DNA from: an uncultured Actinomycetota bacterium
GTDB lineage: Bacteria > Actinomycetota > Actinomycetes > Actinomycetales > Dermatophilaceae
Direction of reading: 5' to 3'
Length of the DNA stretch: 64,000 nt
Assembly (NCBI GenBank): GCA_963764195.1
Contig: CAVXRG010000011.1
Span: 47,353-111,352, forward strand
Below the pieces are notes generated by a model. That model did no database searches, was not told where the DNA came from, and saw only the letters and a list, made by a program, of their open reading frames with translations. A program made the translations under genes and the position numbers. This document shows positions 9,426 to 18,940 of this stretch, in pieces; the first letter of the stretch is position 1, and every line of letters starts with the position of its first letter.

Positions 9426-9815
9426 CTACCAGTTGAGGACGAGGCGCTCGTCCTTGTCGCGGAAGGCCCCGACGAGGATGAGCACGAGGTCGACGAGTGC
9501 CCAGATCCCGAATCCCCCGAAGGTCACGAGCTGGAGCACCCCCGTGCCCACCTTGCCGACGTAGAACCGGTGGATCCCCAGCACGCCGACGAAGGCGCAG
9601 AGCAGGCTCGCGGCGAGGCGGGACTTGTCGCTCACCGGCATCCCGGTGGCGTCGAGCGCGACCGGGGCGAAGGCGGACGGGGGCGCCGGGGCGGGGAGCA
9701 TCGGGCCGGTCTGGTCGGTCCAGCCGTCGCCGTCCCAGTAGCGCGACACCGGCTTGCCCTCCGGGTCCGGGTACCAGCCGGCGGGGATCTCACTCGGGGC
9801 GGGTTGCTGCGTCAT
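9426..9815 (-). CDS. DUF2510 plus TM2 domain membrane protein
   Basis: ORF trimmed to ATG at 9815 with a GGAGG Shine-Dalgarno just upstream. GWYPDPEGKPVSRYWDGDGWTD is DUF2510-like. CAFVGVLGIHRFYVGKVGTGVLQLVTFGGFGIWALVDLV is TM2-like. Confidence 0.75.
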   Translation of the reverse strand: MTQQPAPSEIPAGWYPDPEGKPVSRYWDGDGWTDQTGPMLPAPAPPSAFAPVALDATGMPVSDKSRLAASLLCAFVGVLGIHRFYVGKVGTGVLQLVTFGGFGIWALVDLVLILVGAFRDKDERLVLNW

Positions 9816-9888
9816 GGTTCCTCCAGGTGTGGGCGGGTGACCCACCCAGCATGGCAGGCCCGCACGGCCGAACGCCTAGGCTCGGGAC

Positions 9889-10500
9889 GTGACCGGGACC
9901 AGCGCGCAGGATGTCGTCGAGCTCGTCGTGCTGCTCTCCGCCGACGGCCATGCCATCGGCACCGCACCCAAGGCGACCGTCCACGACGCGCACACGCCGC
10001 TCCACCTCGCCTTCTCGCTCTACCTCTTCGACGAGGCCGGCCGGCTGCTCGTGACCCGCCGGGCCCTCGAGAAGGCGACCTTCCCCGGCGTCTGGACCAA
10101 CACCGCGTGCGGCCACCCCGCCCCGGGGGAGCGGCTCGAAGAGGCGGCCGCCCGCCGCGCCCGGGACGAGCTCGGCCTCGACGTGGGCAGCGACGGGCTG
10201 CGGCTCGTGCTGCCGGACTTCGCCTACCGCGCCGAGATGGACGGCGTCGTCGAGAACGAGCTCTGCCCCGTCTTCGTGGGCCGCGTCAACGGCTCCCCGG
10301 ACGCCGAGCCCCACCCGACCGAAGTGGCCTCGACCGAGTGGGTCCCGTGGGCGGAGTTCTCCCGCGACGTCCTCGAGGGCGACCGCGCCGTCTCCCTGTG
10401 GTGCGGGCTGCAGGTCGCGGCGCTCGCCGCCCTCGGCGACGGCCCCGATGACTGGCCCGACGGCGACCCGGCCCTGCTGCCGCCGGCCTGCCCCCGCTGA
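9889..10500 (+). CDS. idi: Isopentenyl-diphosphate delta-isomerase, type 1
   Basis: 203-aa ORF with a GTG start. HTPLHLAFSLYLFDEAGRLLVTRRALEKATFPGVWTNTACGHP and the NE..CPVF Nudix-like core are present. Confidence 0.9.
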   Translation: MTGTSAQDVVELVVLLSADGHAIGTAPKATVHDAHTPLHLAFSLYLFDEAGRLLVTRRALEKATFPGVWTNTACGHPAPGERLEEAAARRARDELGLDVGSDGLRLVLPDFAYRAEMDGVVENELCPVFVGRVNGSPDAEPHPTEVASTEWVPWAEFSRDVLEGDRAVSLWCGLQVAALAALGDGPDDWPDGDPALLPPACPR

Positions 10501-10510
10501 CGCCACCCGG

Positions 10511-10540
10511 CTCAGCCCTTCTCAGCCCGACTCAGCCCTT
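10511..10540. repeat. 10-bp tandem repeat x3 (CTCAGCCCTT/CTCAGCCCGA/CTCAGCCCTT) spanning the stop codon of the permease gene
   Basis: Read directly: ctcagccctt ctcagcccga ctcagccctt, followed by a degenerate ctcgccgccc. The permease stop (tca, 10532-10534) lies in unit 3. Confidence 0.6.
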
Positions 10541-11389
10541 CTCGCCGCCCTCGTTGGCGCCCCGGATGAAGTAGCGCTGCAGGGCGAAGAAGAGCAGCGC
10601 GACGGGGATCGTCGTGAGCAGCGCCGTGCCGAGCTTGAACGGGTACTGCGTCCCCGCACCGAGCTGACCACTCGTCAGGCTCGCGAGCCCGGTGACGAGG
10701 GTCTGGTGCTCCGGGGTCCCTTTCGTCACGACGAGGAAGTGGCTGAACTCGTTCCAGGACCCCTGGAACGACAGGATCGTCAGGGTGATGAGCGCCGGCT
10801 TGGCCATCGGCAGCACGACCGACCAGAAGGTGCGGAAGATGCTCGCGCCGTCCATCCGCGCCGCCTCCTCGATGGAGATCGGCACCGAGTCGAAGAACTG
10901 CTTCATGATGAAGACACCGGCCGCGTCGACGACGAGCGGCAGGATCATCGCCGTGTAGGTGTCGTAGATGCCGAGGTAGTTGACCATCAGGAACTTCGGG
11001 ATGAGCAGGGCCACGCCGGGCACGGCCATCACCGCGAGGACCGCCCCGAAGACGGCGCCGCGCCCCCGGAACTGCAGCCGCGACAGCGCGTAGCCGGCGA
11101 GGGAGTCGAGGAAGACCCGCCCGGCCGTCACCGTGATCGCGATGAGGAAGGAGTTCTTGGCCCACGTCGTGATCGGCACCGAGGAGTCCGCCGTTCCCCC
11201 GAACATCCGTTTCCACGCGCCGAGGTCGAAGGGGTTCGGCACGAGCGACAGCGGGTTGCTCGCGGCATCCGGGTCGGTCTTGAACGACGTAGCGATCTGG
11301 ATGAGGAAGGGGTAGATGAACAGCACGGCGAAGGCGAGCAGCGCGGCATACAGCAGGATCGTCTTGACCGGTCCCGAGCGTGACCTCAT
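10532..11389 (-). CDS. Carbohydrate ABC transporter permease (MalG-like)
   Basis: ORF 10532..11824 trimmed to ATG at 11389 (MRSRSGPVKTILLYAALLAF). The EAA-loop region IEEAARMDGASIFRTFWSVVLPMAKPAL is present. There is a 4-nt overlap with the upstream permease gene. Confidence 0.85.
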   Translation of the reverse strand: MRSRSGPVKTILLYAALLAFAVLFIYPFLIQIATSFKTDPDAASNPLSLVPNPFDLGAWKRMFGGTADSSVPITTWAKNSFLIAITVTAGRVFLDSLAGYALSRLQFRGRGAVFGAVLAVMAVPGVALLIPKFLMVNYLGIYDTYTAMILPLVVDAAGVFIMKQFFDSVPISIEEAARMDGASIFRTFWSVVLPMAKPALITLTILSFQGSWNEFSHFLVVTKGTPEHQTLVTGLASLTSGQLGAGTQYPFKLGTALLTTIPVALLFFALQRYFIRGANEGGEKG

Positions 11390-12456
11390 CGCGCACCTCC
11401 TCGTCGCAGCAGCGGCTTTCGCTCGTCCTTGTCGGTGAGGACCCGGCGCTGGATGCGGGTGAGCACGATGATGATGATGAAGACGACGAACGCCATCGCG
11501 GCCCCCGACCCGTAACGGAAGTTGCCGAAGCTCTGCTGGTAGGACAGGAACGCCGGGCTGAGCGTCGTCCCCGCGGGAGCGCCCTTGCCCATGACGTAGA
11601 TCTGGTCGAAGACCTGCCACGTGCCGATCAGGCCGAGCGTGATGACGAGGAAGAGCGCCGGCTTGATCATCGGGATGGTCACGTGGCGCAGCATCTGCCA
11701 CCGGGTCGTCCCGTCGAGCGCCGCGGCCTCCTCGACCTCGACGGGCACGTCCTGCAGGGCCGCGATGAACATCAGCATGAAGGTGCCCGAGGTCGTCCAG
11801 ACGACGAGGAAGATGATGACGCACATCGCCACCGACGGGCCGGACAGCCAGTCCCAGACGCTGCGGCCGAGGACGTCACCCTGGGCCCACGACGGGTTGT
11901 CGACCCCGGCCGCGTTGAACCCCAGGTGGAGCAGGCCGCGGCTGTCGTTGAACCACTGCGGGCCGTCGATCCCGAAGAAGCCGAGGAACGCGTTGACGGC
12001 CCCGCTGTTGCTGAAGAGGAAGAGGAAGACCGTCGCGATCGCGATCGAGCTCGTCACCGACGGGAAGTAGAACGCCGTCCGGAAGAAGCCCTTCGCTTTG
12101 AGCATCTTGTTGTTGACGAGCAGCGCCAACCCGAGGGCGAGCACCGTCTGCAGCGGCACGACGAGCAGCACGTAGTAGAACGTGTTGCCGATCGACTGCA
12201 TGAAGTTGGACCGGGTCAGCCCGTCCCGGGTGAACAGGTCGGTGTAGTTGCGGGCCCCGACGAACTCCGTGCTGCTCGTGAACGGGCTGCCGTTGCCCTG
12301 CCAGTTCGTCAGGCTCACCCAGAGCGCCATGAAGATCGGGATGACGAGGAAGACCCCGAGGATGACGAGCACCGGGGAGACGAACAGCCACCCCGCGACC
12401 CCTTCCCGGCCACGTATGCCGCCGCCCCTCCGCCCGCTCCGCGCGCTCAGCGGCAT
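11386..12456 (-). CDS. Carbohydrate ABC transporter permease (MalF-like)
   Basis: ORF 11386..13239 trimmed to ATG at 12456 (MPLSARSGRRGG..WLFVSPVLVILGVF). The EAA loop is VEEAAALDGTTRWQMLRHVTIPMIKPAL. Confidence 0.85.
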   Translation of the reverse strand: MPLSARSGRRGGGIRGREGVAGWLFVSPVLVILGVFLVIPIFMALWVSLTNWQGNGSPFTSSTEFVGARNYTDLFTRDGLTRSNFMQSIGNTFYYVLLVVPLQTVLALGLALLVNNKMLKAKGFFRTAFYFPSVTSSIAIATVFLFLFSNSGAVNAFLGFFGIDGPQWFNDSRGLLHLGFNAAGVDNPSWAQGDVLGRSVWDWLSGPSVAMCVIIFLVVWTTSGTFMLMFIAALQDVPVEVEEAAALDGTTRWQMLRHVTIPMIKPALFLVITLGLIGTWQVFDQIYVMGKGAPAGTTLSPAFLSYQQSFGNFRYGSGAAMAFVVFIIIIVLTRIQRRVLTDKDERKPLLRRGGAR

Positions 12457-12461
12457 GCCGG

Positions 12462-13733
12462 TCACCGGTTGTCGGCGATGGCGGCCTCGCCGTTCTTCTG
12501 CAGCTCCTCGAGCCACGTCGTCGGGTTGCCGCCCTTGCCGAGGGTCGCCAGCTCGGAGTTGAACTTCGACATCACCTCGTCGAAGCCGGGCAGGTTGACC
12601 GGGCCCTGGGCGTAGTCGCCGCCGGCGACGAAAGCCGCCGAGTCGGGGTACTTCGCGGCGAACTGCTTGGCGCCCTCCTCCGTGGACGGCATGACTCCGA
12701 ACGCGTCGGCGAAGGCCATCTGCTGGTCGGTGCTGATGAGGGACTTGACGAGGTCGATCGACGCGGCCTGGTTGGGCGACTTGGCCGCGATCCCCCAGCA
12801 GTTGCTGAAGAGCAGCGTGCCCTTGCCGGCCGGGCCGGCGGGCAGCTCGACGACCTTGTACTTGAGGTTGGGGAAGTCCTTCTTGGCGCCGCTGATCCAG
12901 TTGCCCTCGATCGTCATGGCGCCGACACCCTTGCCGAGCGCCTCGCCGCCCCAGCCGGTCGACGGGCTCGTGTCGGCGGAGAACTTGAGCACGCCCGCCT
13001 TCATCAGCTTCTGCACCTCGGCGAGACCGGCCTTGGCGGGCTCGCTCGTCGCGGTCATCTTCGTGCCGTCCTCGGAGACGATCCAGCCGCCGGCCTGCTT
13101 GATGAAGGCGCCGCTGCGGTTGATGTCGTTGCCGATGACGAGGCCGGTGACCTTGCCCGTCGTCAGCTTCTTGGCCACGGCCTCGAGCTCGTCCCAGGTC
13201 TTGGGGATGTCGGCGTCGGTGAGCCCGGCCTTGCTCCACAGGTCGGTGTTGATCTCGAGGGCGAGCGTGGAGTAGTCCTTGGGCGCGCAGTAGAACTTGT
13301 TGTCGTAGGTGAAGGTCTTGACGAGCGCGGGGAGGAAGCCGGCGTCCTTGACCTGGTCGCCGTAGGCGAGCAGGTTGCCGGCCTTGGCGAAGGTGCCGAG
13401 CTTGGACGCGTCGGTGTAGAAGACGTCCGGCGGCGTGGTGCTGGCGAAGGCCTGGCCGAGCTGCTGACCGAGGTCGGCTGCCGCGATGACCTCGACGGTG
13501 TTGCCGCTCTTCTTCGCCCAGGCGTCGGTCGCCGCCTTGACGGCGTTGGTCTCGGCGTCACCGGAGCTGCCGATCATGACGGTGAGCTTGACCGGGCCGC
13601 TCTTCGTGGCCTGGGGGGCCGTGGCGCCCGCGGTCGACCCGCCGCTGAACCCGCCGCCGCAGGCGCCGAGGACGAGTGCTCCGGTGGCGGCCAGGGCCAG
13701 GGCCAGGGCCCCGCGTGATGATCGTGTGCTCAT
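12462..13733 (-). CDS. Extracellular sugar-binding lipoprotein of ABC transporter
   Basis: ORF 12462..14360 trimmed to ATG at 13733. The lipobox signal is MSTRSSRGALALALAATGALVLGAC. The composition is typical of family-1 solute-binding proteins. Confidence 0.85.
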   Translation of the reverse strand: MSTRSSRGALALALAATGALVLGACGGGFSGGSTAGATAPQATKSGPVKLTVMIGSSGDAETNAVKAATDAWAKKSGNTVEVIAAADLGQQLGQAFASTTPPDVFYTDASKLGTFAKAGNLLAYGDQVKDAGFLPALVKTFTYDNKFYCAPKDYSTLALEINTDLWSKAGLTDADIPKTWDELEAVAKKLTTGKVTGLVIGNDINRSGAFIKQAGGWIVSEDGTKMTATSEPAKAGLAEVQKLMKAGVLKFSADTSPSTGWGGEALGKGVGAMTIEGNWISGAKKDFPNLKYKVVELPAGPAGKGTLLFSNCWGIAAKSPNQAASIDLVKSLISTDQQMAFADAFGVMPSTEEGAKQFAAKYPDSAAFVAGGDYAQGPVNLPGFDEVMSKFNSELATLGKGGNPTTWLEELQKNGEAAIADNR

Positions 13734-14794
13734 GGTGTGCCTCTTTCGGGGGTGGGGCGGTTGGCCGCCGGGATGGTGCTGGCCCTGATGACCAGCGCGG
13801 GTTCGAGCAGGACGCCTTCGGGGGCGCGCGCCGCGGTCGTGGTGCCGGCGCCGAGCATGTGCAGGACGTCCTCGGCGACCTCGGCGAGGGGCTGTCGCAG
13901 GGACGTCAGGCCGAGCGAGATCGCGAGGTCGGTGTCGTCGAAGCCGACGAGCCCGAAGTCGCGGCCGGGGGTGAGACCGCGCTCGATGAGCACCCGCCAG
14001 GCACCGACGGCGAGGGCGTCGGAGGCGCAGACGAGAGCGCCGCCGCGGCCGAGCTCGTCGATGAGGGGGGCAGCTGCGGCTGCCGCCGAGTCGAGGTCCT
14101 GCACCGTCGTCGCGTGCCAGCGGTCGTCGGCGATCCCGAGCTGGGCGGTCGCCCGCTCCCAGCCCGAACGGCGGTCGTCGCCCACGGGGGAGCCGCTCGG
14201 CCAGCCGAGGTAGCCGATCCGCTCGTAGCCACCGTCCGCCAGGTGCCGGACGGCCCGGTCGACCCCGGCGGCGCCGTCGACGTCGACCCAGTCGGTGATC
14301 GAGGGGTCGTCCCAGATCCGGCCGAAGGCGGCGAACGGGATCCGCCGCGCCCGCAGCCACTCAGGCCGGGGGTCGTCGCGGCGGGTGTCGGTGAGCACGA
14401 AGCCATCGGCGATCCGGCTCGCGACGAGGTCCTCGTAGCCGGGGATCGGGTCGCTCGGGTCGGCCGAGGTGAAGGGGACGAGGTAGGAGTCATGGGTGCG
14501 CGAGAGGGCGGTGAGCTCGATGAGGAAGACGTCGAGAACCGAACCGAGGCGGCCGAAACCGAGCGAGTTGAGCTCGATCCCCCACCCTCCCGCGCGCTCC
14601 TGCTTGAGGGTCTTGGCGGCCCGGCTCGGGCGGAAGCCGAGCCGGTCGACCTCGCGGAGAACCCGCTCCAAGGTGTCGGGCGCGAGCCGGTCGGGGGTGT
14701 TGAGCGCGTTGCTCACCGTCTGCCGCGAGACGTCGGCGGCCCGGGCGACGTCGATGATCGTCACCCGCCGGCCCTGGTGTGCACTACTCGTCAT
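13730..14794 (-). CDS. LacI-family transcriptional regulator
   Basis: 354-aa ORF. The N-terminal HTH is VTIIDVARAADVSRQTVSNALN...VLREVDRLGFRPSRAAKTL. The stop overlaps the binding-protein start by 4 nt. Confidence 0.9.
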   Translation of the reverse strand: MTSSAHQGRRVTIIDVARAADVSRQTVSNALNTPDRLAPDTLERVLREVDRLGFRPSRAAKTLKQERAGGWGIELNSLGFGRLGSVLDVFLIELTALSRTHDSYLVPFTSADPSDPIPGYEDLVASRIADGFVLTDTRRDDPRPEWLRARRIPFAAFGRIWDDPSITDWVDVDGAAGVDRAVRHLADGGYERIGYLGWPSGSPVGDDRRSGWERATAQLGIADDRWHATTVQDLDSAAAAAAPLIDELGRGGALVCASDALAVGAWRVLIERGLTPGRDFGLVGFDDTDLAISLGLTSLRQPLAEVAEDVLHMLGAGTTTAARAPEGVLLEPALVIRASTIPAANRPTPERGTP

Positions 14795-14816
14795 CCTTGA
14801 CGCCCTCGTCTTGGTG

Positions 14817-14851
14817 TGGAACGTTCAAACATCGCGGTTTTGAACGTTCAT
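14817..14851. promoter_or_regulatory. Two palindromic GAACGTTC cores forming a larger inverted repeat; candidate LacI operators
   Basis: GAACGTTCAAA (14819-14829) and TTTGAACGTTC (14839-14849) are exact reverse complements. They lie in the 184-bp divergent region between the LacI gene and the debranching-like gene. Confidence 0.5.
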
Positions 14852-14978
14852 ATCGCTGCATGGATAGTGTGGCTTGCCGGCCTGCTCTGTCAAGGGCCGG
14901 CCCTGATCTCGCCCACGAACCACCGAGTCCCACCCACCGCCCGCCACCCGCCCACCGCCGTCGTCCGCAGGAGTCCCC

Positions 14979-17108
14979 ATGGATCGTCCGCCCCCGCCCC
15001 TGTCCCCGGGCCAGCCATGGCTGCACGACCTCGCCATCTGCGTCGGGGGCAACGGCACGGCCCTCAGCGGGGCCGATGGCTCGATGGACGGCGGTGCCCA
15101 GGGCTTCTTCGTCGACGACGAGCGGGTCCTGTCGACCTTCGACCTCCGGCTCGGCGGTGCGCCCCTGACCGGTCTGACGCACGCGAGCCGCGGCAGCGTG
15201 TCGGAGTTCCTCGCCTCGGCCCGTCATCTCGGCAACCCCGGACCCGACCCCACGGTCGAGGTGTCCCGGCAACGGGTCGTCGACGGACCGAGCCTCACCG
15301 AGACCGTCGTCGTCACCTCCCGCGCCGACGAGGCGCTGTCAGTCGACCTGCTCGTCCGCCTGGGTGGTGACGGGTCGGACGTCGCCGCGGTGAAGTCCGG
15401 TGCGCCCGTGGGTGAGGTCCTCCCGGTCTCGTTGGGCAACACCGATGATCCATCCGACCCAGGGTCGTCTGCCACGTGGACCTCGAGCCGTCTCCGCACC
15501 ACCCTGGCCGCGACACCGGCTCCCGCGAGCCGGCAGGTGGGGTCCGGCGGCGTCGAGCTCTGCTTCGCCCTGGAGGTGCCGCCCGGGGGCAGCCGCTCCG
15601 TCGAGCTCACGGTGCGGGCCACCCGCCTCGAGGGCTCGGCCTTCCCGGCCGACGCGGTGTCCGGACGTGACGTGTGGTCGCCGGAGGTCGACGTCGTGGC
15701 GGACGACCCGCGACTCGGCCGCCTCGTGAACCAGTCGCTCGAGGACCTCCGCGGTCTGCTGCTCAGCGACCCGGACGCCCCCACCGACGTCTTCGCTGCG
15801 GCCGGGACCCCGTGGTACCTCACCCTCTTCGGGCGGGACTCGATCTGGGCCGCTCGGATGATGCTCCCCGTCGGCACCGAGCTCGCCGGTGGCACCCTGC
15901 GTGCCCTGGCCCGGCGCCAGGGCACCCGGTTCGACCCCGCGACGGCCGAGGCACCCGGCAAGATCCCCCACGAGCTGCGGCGAACGGCATACACCGACGA
16001 GACGAGCGGCATGTCGCTCCCGCCCGTCTACTACGGGACCATCGACGCCACCGCCCTGTGGGTCTGCCTGCTCCACGACGCCTGGCGCTGGGGCCTGCCC
16101 GAGGCGGAGGTGCGCGACCTCCTGCCGGCGCTCCGGTCGGCCGCACGGTGGCTGCTCGACGTCGCCGCGCCGGACGCGGACGGGCTGATCCGCTACGTCG
16201 ACGAGAGCGGCCACGGCCTGGTCAACCAGGGGTGGAAGGACTCCGGCGACTCGATGCGCTTCCGCGACGGGTCGGTGGCGCAGGCACCGATCGCGCTCAT
16301 CGAGGCCCAGGCGTATGCCGTCGAGGCCGCCGCGGGCGCCGCGGACCTGCTGCGCGCGGTCGGTTCGGACGGGGAGGGCAACGGTGACGACACCCTCGCC
16401 TCGACGTTGACCGCGTGGGCCGACGGGCTCCGCGCCCGGGTGGGAGAGCGCTTCTGGGTCGGGGCGGGCGACGACCGCTACCTCGCCATGGCCATCGACG
16501 GCCTCGGCCGGGCCGTCGACGGCGTGGGCTCCAACATGGGCCACGCCCTTGGCACCGGTGTGCTCGGCGCGGCCGACGCGTCAGCGGTCGCGGCACGCCT
16601 CGTCGGAACGGGGCTGCTCGGGCCGTTCGGGATCCGCACGCTCGCCGCCGACAACGACGGCTACAACCCGATCGGCTACCACACCGGTTCGGTATGGGTC
16701 CATGACACGGCGATCTGCGCCCTCGGTCTCGCACGCGCTGGGTTCGACGCCGAGGCGGGGCTCGTCGCGGCACGGCTGCTCGACGCCGGGGAGGAGTTCG
16801 GCTACCGCCTCCCGGAGCTCTTCTCCGACGTCGGGCCGCTCGGGAGACCGGCTCCCTACCCCGCGTCCTGCCGACCCCAGGCCTGGGCGGCCGCGTCGGC
16901 GATGGCGGTCGTCACGGTCGCTCTCGGGCTCTGCGTCGACGTGCCCGCTCGAACCGTCACAGTGCGTCCGCCGGGGGCCGCGCTCTTCGGGGCGGTGAGG
17001 GTCGCCGGCCTGCGGGTGGCGGGAGCGACGGTCACGGTGGAGGTGTCCGGGTCCGGTCAGGTCCGGGTGGAGGGGCTGCCCGAGGGCTTCACCCTCCTCC
17101 CGGCCTGA
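14979..17108 (+). CDS. Glycogen-debranching-enzyme-like protein (GDE N-terminal plus amylo-alpha-1,6-glucosidase-type (alpha/alpha)6 domain)
   Basis: 709-aa ORF with a GCAGGAG Shine-Dalgarno. QPWLHDLAICVGGNGTALSGADGSMDGGAQGFFVDDERVLS and AAGTPWYLTLFGRDSIWAARMMLP are typical of this family. Confidence 0.8.
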   Translation: MDRPPPPLSPGQPWLHDLAICVGGNGTALSGADGSMDGGAQGFFVDDERVLSTFDLRLGGAPLTGLTHASRGSVSEFLASARHLGNPGPDPTVEVSRQRVVDGPSLTETVVVTSRADEALSVDLLVRLGGDGSDVAAVKSGAPVGEVLPVSLGNTDDPSDPGSSATWTSSRLRTTLAATPAPASRQVGSGGVELCFALEVPPGGSRSVELTVRATRLEGSAFPADAVSGRDVWSPEVDVVADDPRLGRLVNQSLEDLRGLLLSDPDAPTDVFAAAGTPWYLTLFGRDSIWAARMMLPVGTELAGGTLRALARRQGTRFDPATAEAPGKIPHELRRTAYTDETSGMSLPPVYYGTIDATALWVCLLHDAWRWGLPEAEVRDLLPALRSAARWLLDVAAPDADGLIRYVDESGHGLVNQGWKDSGDSMRFRDGSVAQAPIALIEAQAYAVEAAAGAADLLRAVGSDGEGNGDDTLASTLTAWADGLRARVGERFWVGAGDDRYLAMAIDGLGRAVDGVGSNMGHALGTGVLGAADASAVAARLVGTGLLGPFGIRTLAADNDGYNPIGYHTGSVWVHDTAICALGLARAGFDAEAGLVAARLLDAGEEFGYRLPELFSDVGPLGRPAPYPASCRPQAWAAASAMAVVTVALGLCVDVPARTVTVRPPGAALFGAVRVAGLRVAGATVTVEVSGSGQVRVEGLPEGFTLLPA

Positions 17109-17120
17109 GCCGGCGGCACC

Positions 17121-17522
17121 TCAGGAGGGGGAGCCGTCGGGGCCCTGCTCGTCGAAGGCCGAGGTGGTGTCGGGCGGGACCGTCGAGTCTGCCGGGGTCG
17201 CCCACGGGTTGCTCTCCGGGACGTCGGTCGCCGTCGGGCCACCGGTCTCGGGGGCCTTCTCCGACACCTTGTCCAGGCCCTGGTCGACCTTGCTGCGGGC
17301 CTTGGTGATCGTCTCGGCGTGCTTGGGGCCGGCCTTCTCGCCGATCTTGGCCTCGGCCTTGTCGAGCATGCCGTCGACCTTGGGCCGGTTCTCGGCGGCA
17401 TAGTGCGACGCCATCCCGACGGCCGCCTTGACGACCTCGGCCACGGCGTCGCCGAAGTCCTTGGCCTTGTCCTGCAGGTGGACCTCGTCCGCCTTCTGTT
17501 TCATCTGGTCACCGAACGACAT
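17121..17522 (-). CDS. Small hydrophilic protein, possibly MT0933/Rv0909-like (so-called antitoxin family)
   Basis: ORF 17121..18251 trimmed to ATG at 17522 with a GAGGAG Shine-Dalgarno. MSFGDQMKQKADEVHLQDKAKDFGDAV...DKAEAKIGEKAGPKHAETITKARSKVDQGLDKV has repeated DKA/K-rich helices. The family call is tentative. Confidence 0.45.
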   Translation of the reverse strand: MSFGDQMKQKADEVHLQDKAKDFGDAVAEVVKAAVGMASHYAAENRPKVDGMLDKAEAKIGEKAGPKHAETITKARSKVDQGLDKVSEKAPETGGPTATDVPESNPWATPADSTVPPDTTSAFDEQGPDGSPS

Positions 17523-17629
17523 CTGATCTCCTCGGGTCGCGGGGCCGGAGCTGCCGGCCCGCTGTCTCACCCAGAGTCGTACCCGGGCCCCGTGGGGCGC
17601 AACCCGGGATGACCCCCATCCGACCCTGG

Positions 17630-18697
17630 TCAGCAGTCGGGGGAAGGGTCGTGCGCACCCGGATCCCGCTGGTCGAAGGAGACCTCGACCGTCTCGAAGC
17701 CCTTGCTCTGCTGGGCGCCGGCCTGACCGGCATACGCCCGGCGGTCGGCGGGGGTGAGCACGACGTCGTCGGTGAAGGGGGTGAGCAACGACCGGGGGTG
17801 CAGCCGGTCGACCCGCACGACGTTGACCTCCATGCACAGGACGACGACGACGGCGGTGAGGTAGAGGAAGGCGAGCAGGCCCAGCACGAGCGCGAAGACG
17901 CTGTTGGTGGCGCTGGCGCCCCTGACGACCCGGGTGACGTAGACGACGCCGAAGCTCTGCAGCAGCTGCCAGCCGACCGCGGCGGCGACCGCCCCCGGCG
18001 CGACGTCGCGCACCGTCAGGGCGCGGGGGGTGGAGATCCGGAAGGCCAGGCCGAAGACGGCCGTGTTGATCAGCACGGACGCGGCGAGGACGAGCACCGT
18101 GCCCAGCAGGGCGAGTGACCCGGCGCCGGTGACGCCGAGCGCGGAGAGCGCCGTCGTGCCGAGGACGGCGAGGCCGCCGGTGCCGAGCAGGAGCAGGCTG
18201 CGGCCGCGGGCCGAGAACGGGTTGGGTCGGCGGTTGCGGGGGACCGCCCACGCGGTGTTCGTCGCGTACTGCAGCGCCTGGGCCACGCCCAGCCCGCCGT
18301 AGAGGGACACGAGGACGCCGACGACGAGCCCGACCACCCCGCCCCCGAGGCGCGTCGGCTCCCCGAGCTGCGCCCCGACCACGGGGAACTGGGCCAGGGC
18401 GGAGTGGATGATCTGCTCCTGCAGGTGCGGGTTGCCAGCCAGCACGAAGCCGAGGACCGTCGTCATGAGCAGCAGCAGCGGGAAGAGCGAGACGAAGGCG
18501 TAGTAGGTGATGAGCGCGGACAGGTAGGGCCCGAAGTCGTCGAAGTACTTGTAGATGACGGCGAGCGGGAAGCCCGCGGCCGGGTGCCGCTGCTGGTAGC
18601 GGTCGAGGACGCCGGTCAGACGGCTCGGGCGTTCGGCGTCGGTGGACGAGCTCACCGTCGCAGCATAGGTGGGGTGGCCGGGGGGCCGGCGTGCCAC
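17630..18697 (-). CDS. YihY/BrkB-family membrane protein
   Basis: 355-aa ORF with a GTG start. FPLAVIYKYFDDFGPYLSALITYYAFVSLFPLLLL plus multiple TM helices. Confidence 0.8.
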   Translation of the reverse strand: MARRPPGHPTYAATVSSSTDAERPSRLTGVLDRYQQRHPAAGFPLAVIYKYFDDFGPYLSALITYYAFVSLFPLLLLMTTVLGFVLAGNPHLQEQIIHSALAQFPVVGAQLGEPTRLGGGVVGLVVGVLVSLYGGLGVAQALQYATNTAWAVPRNRRPNPFSARGRSLLLLGTGGLAVLGTTALSALGVTGAGSLALLGTVLVLAASVLINTAVFGLAFRISTPRALTVRDVAPGAVAAAVGWQLLQSFGVVYVTRVVRGASATNSVFALVLGLLAFLYLTAVVVVLCMEVNVVRVDRLHPRSLLTPFTDDVVLTPADRRAYAGQAGAQQSKGFETVEVSFDQRDPGAHDPSPDC

Positions 18698-18814
18698 CGG
18701 GGGGCGGCCCCTGAGCCGCCCCCCGGTGATCTGCCCCCCTGTCCCCGCCGGACCTGAGGCCGGCCCCCCGGATGTCGTGCGTTCGCGGGTCCGTGGACCC
18801 GCCTCACCGCGACG

Positions 18815-18827
18815 ACGTGAGTCACGT
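18815..18827. promoter_or_regulatory. Perfect 6+1+6 palindrome ACGTGAgTCACGT in the divergent promoter region
   Basis: Read directly at 18815-18827, between the yihY-like start (18697) and the HTH gene start. Confidence 0.25.
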
Positions 18828-18940
18828 TAGGGGCGCGTCGGCCCCGGTGCCCCGGCTGTTGCGGGGTCCCTTCCGCCCCGCAACGCGGGCCGGTGGTGGA
18901 AGGATGGTCCGAGGCCGAGGGGGGTCGAGGGAGGCGACGG

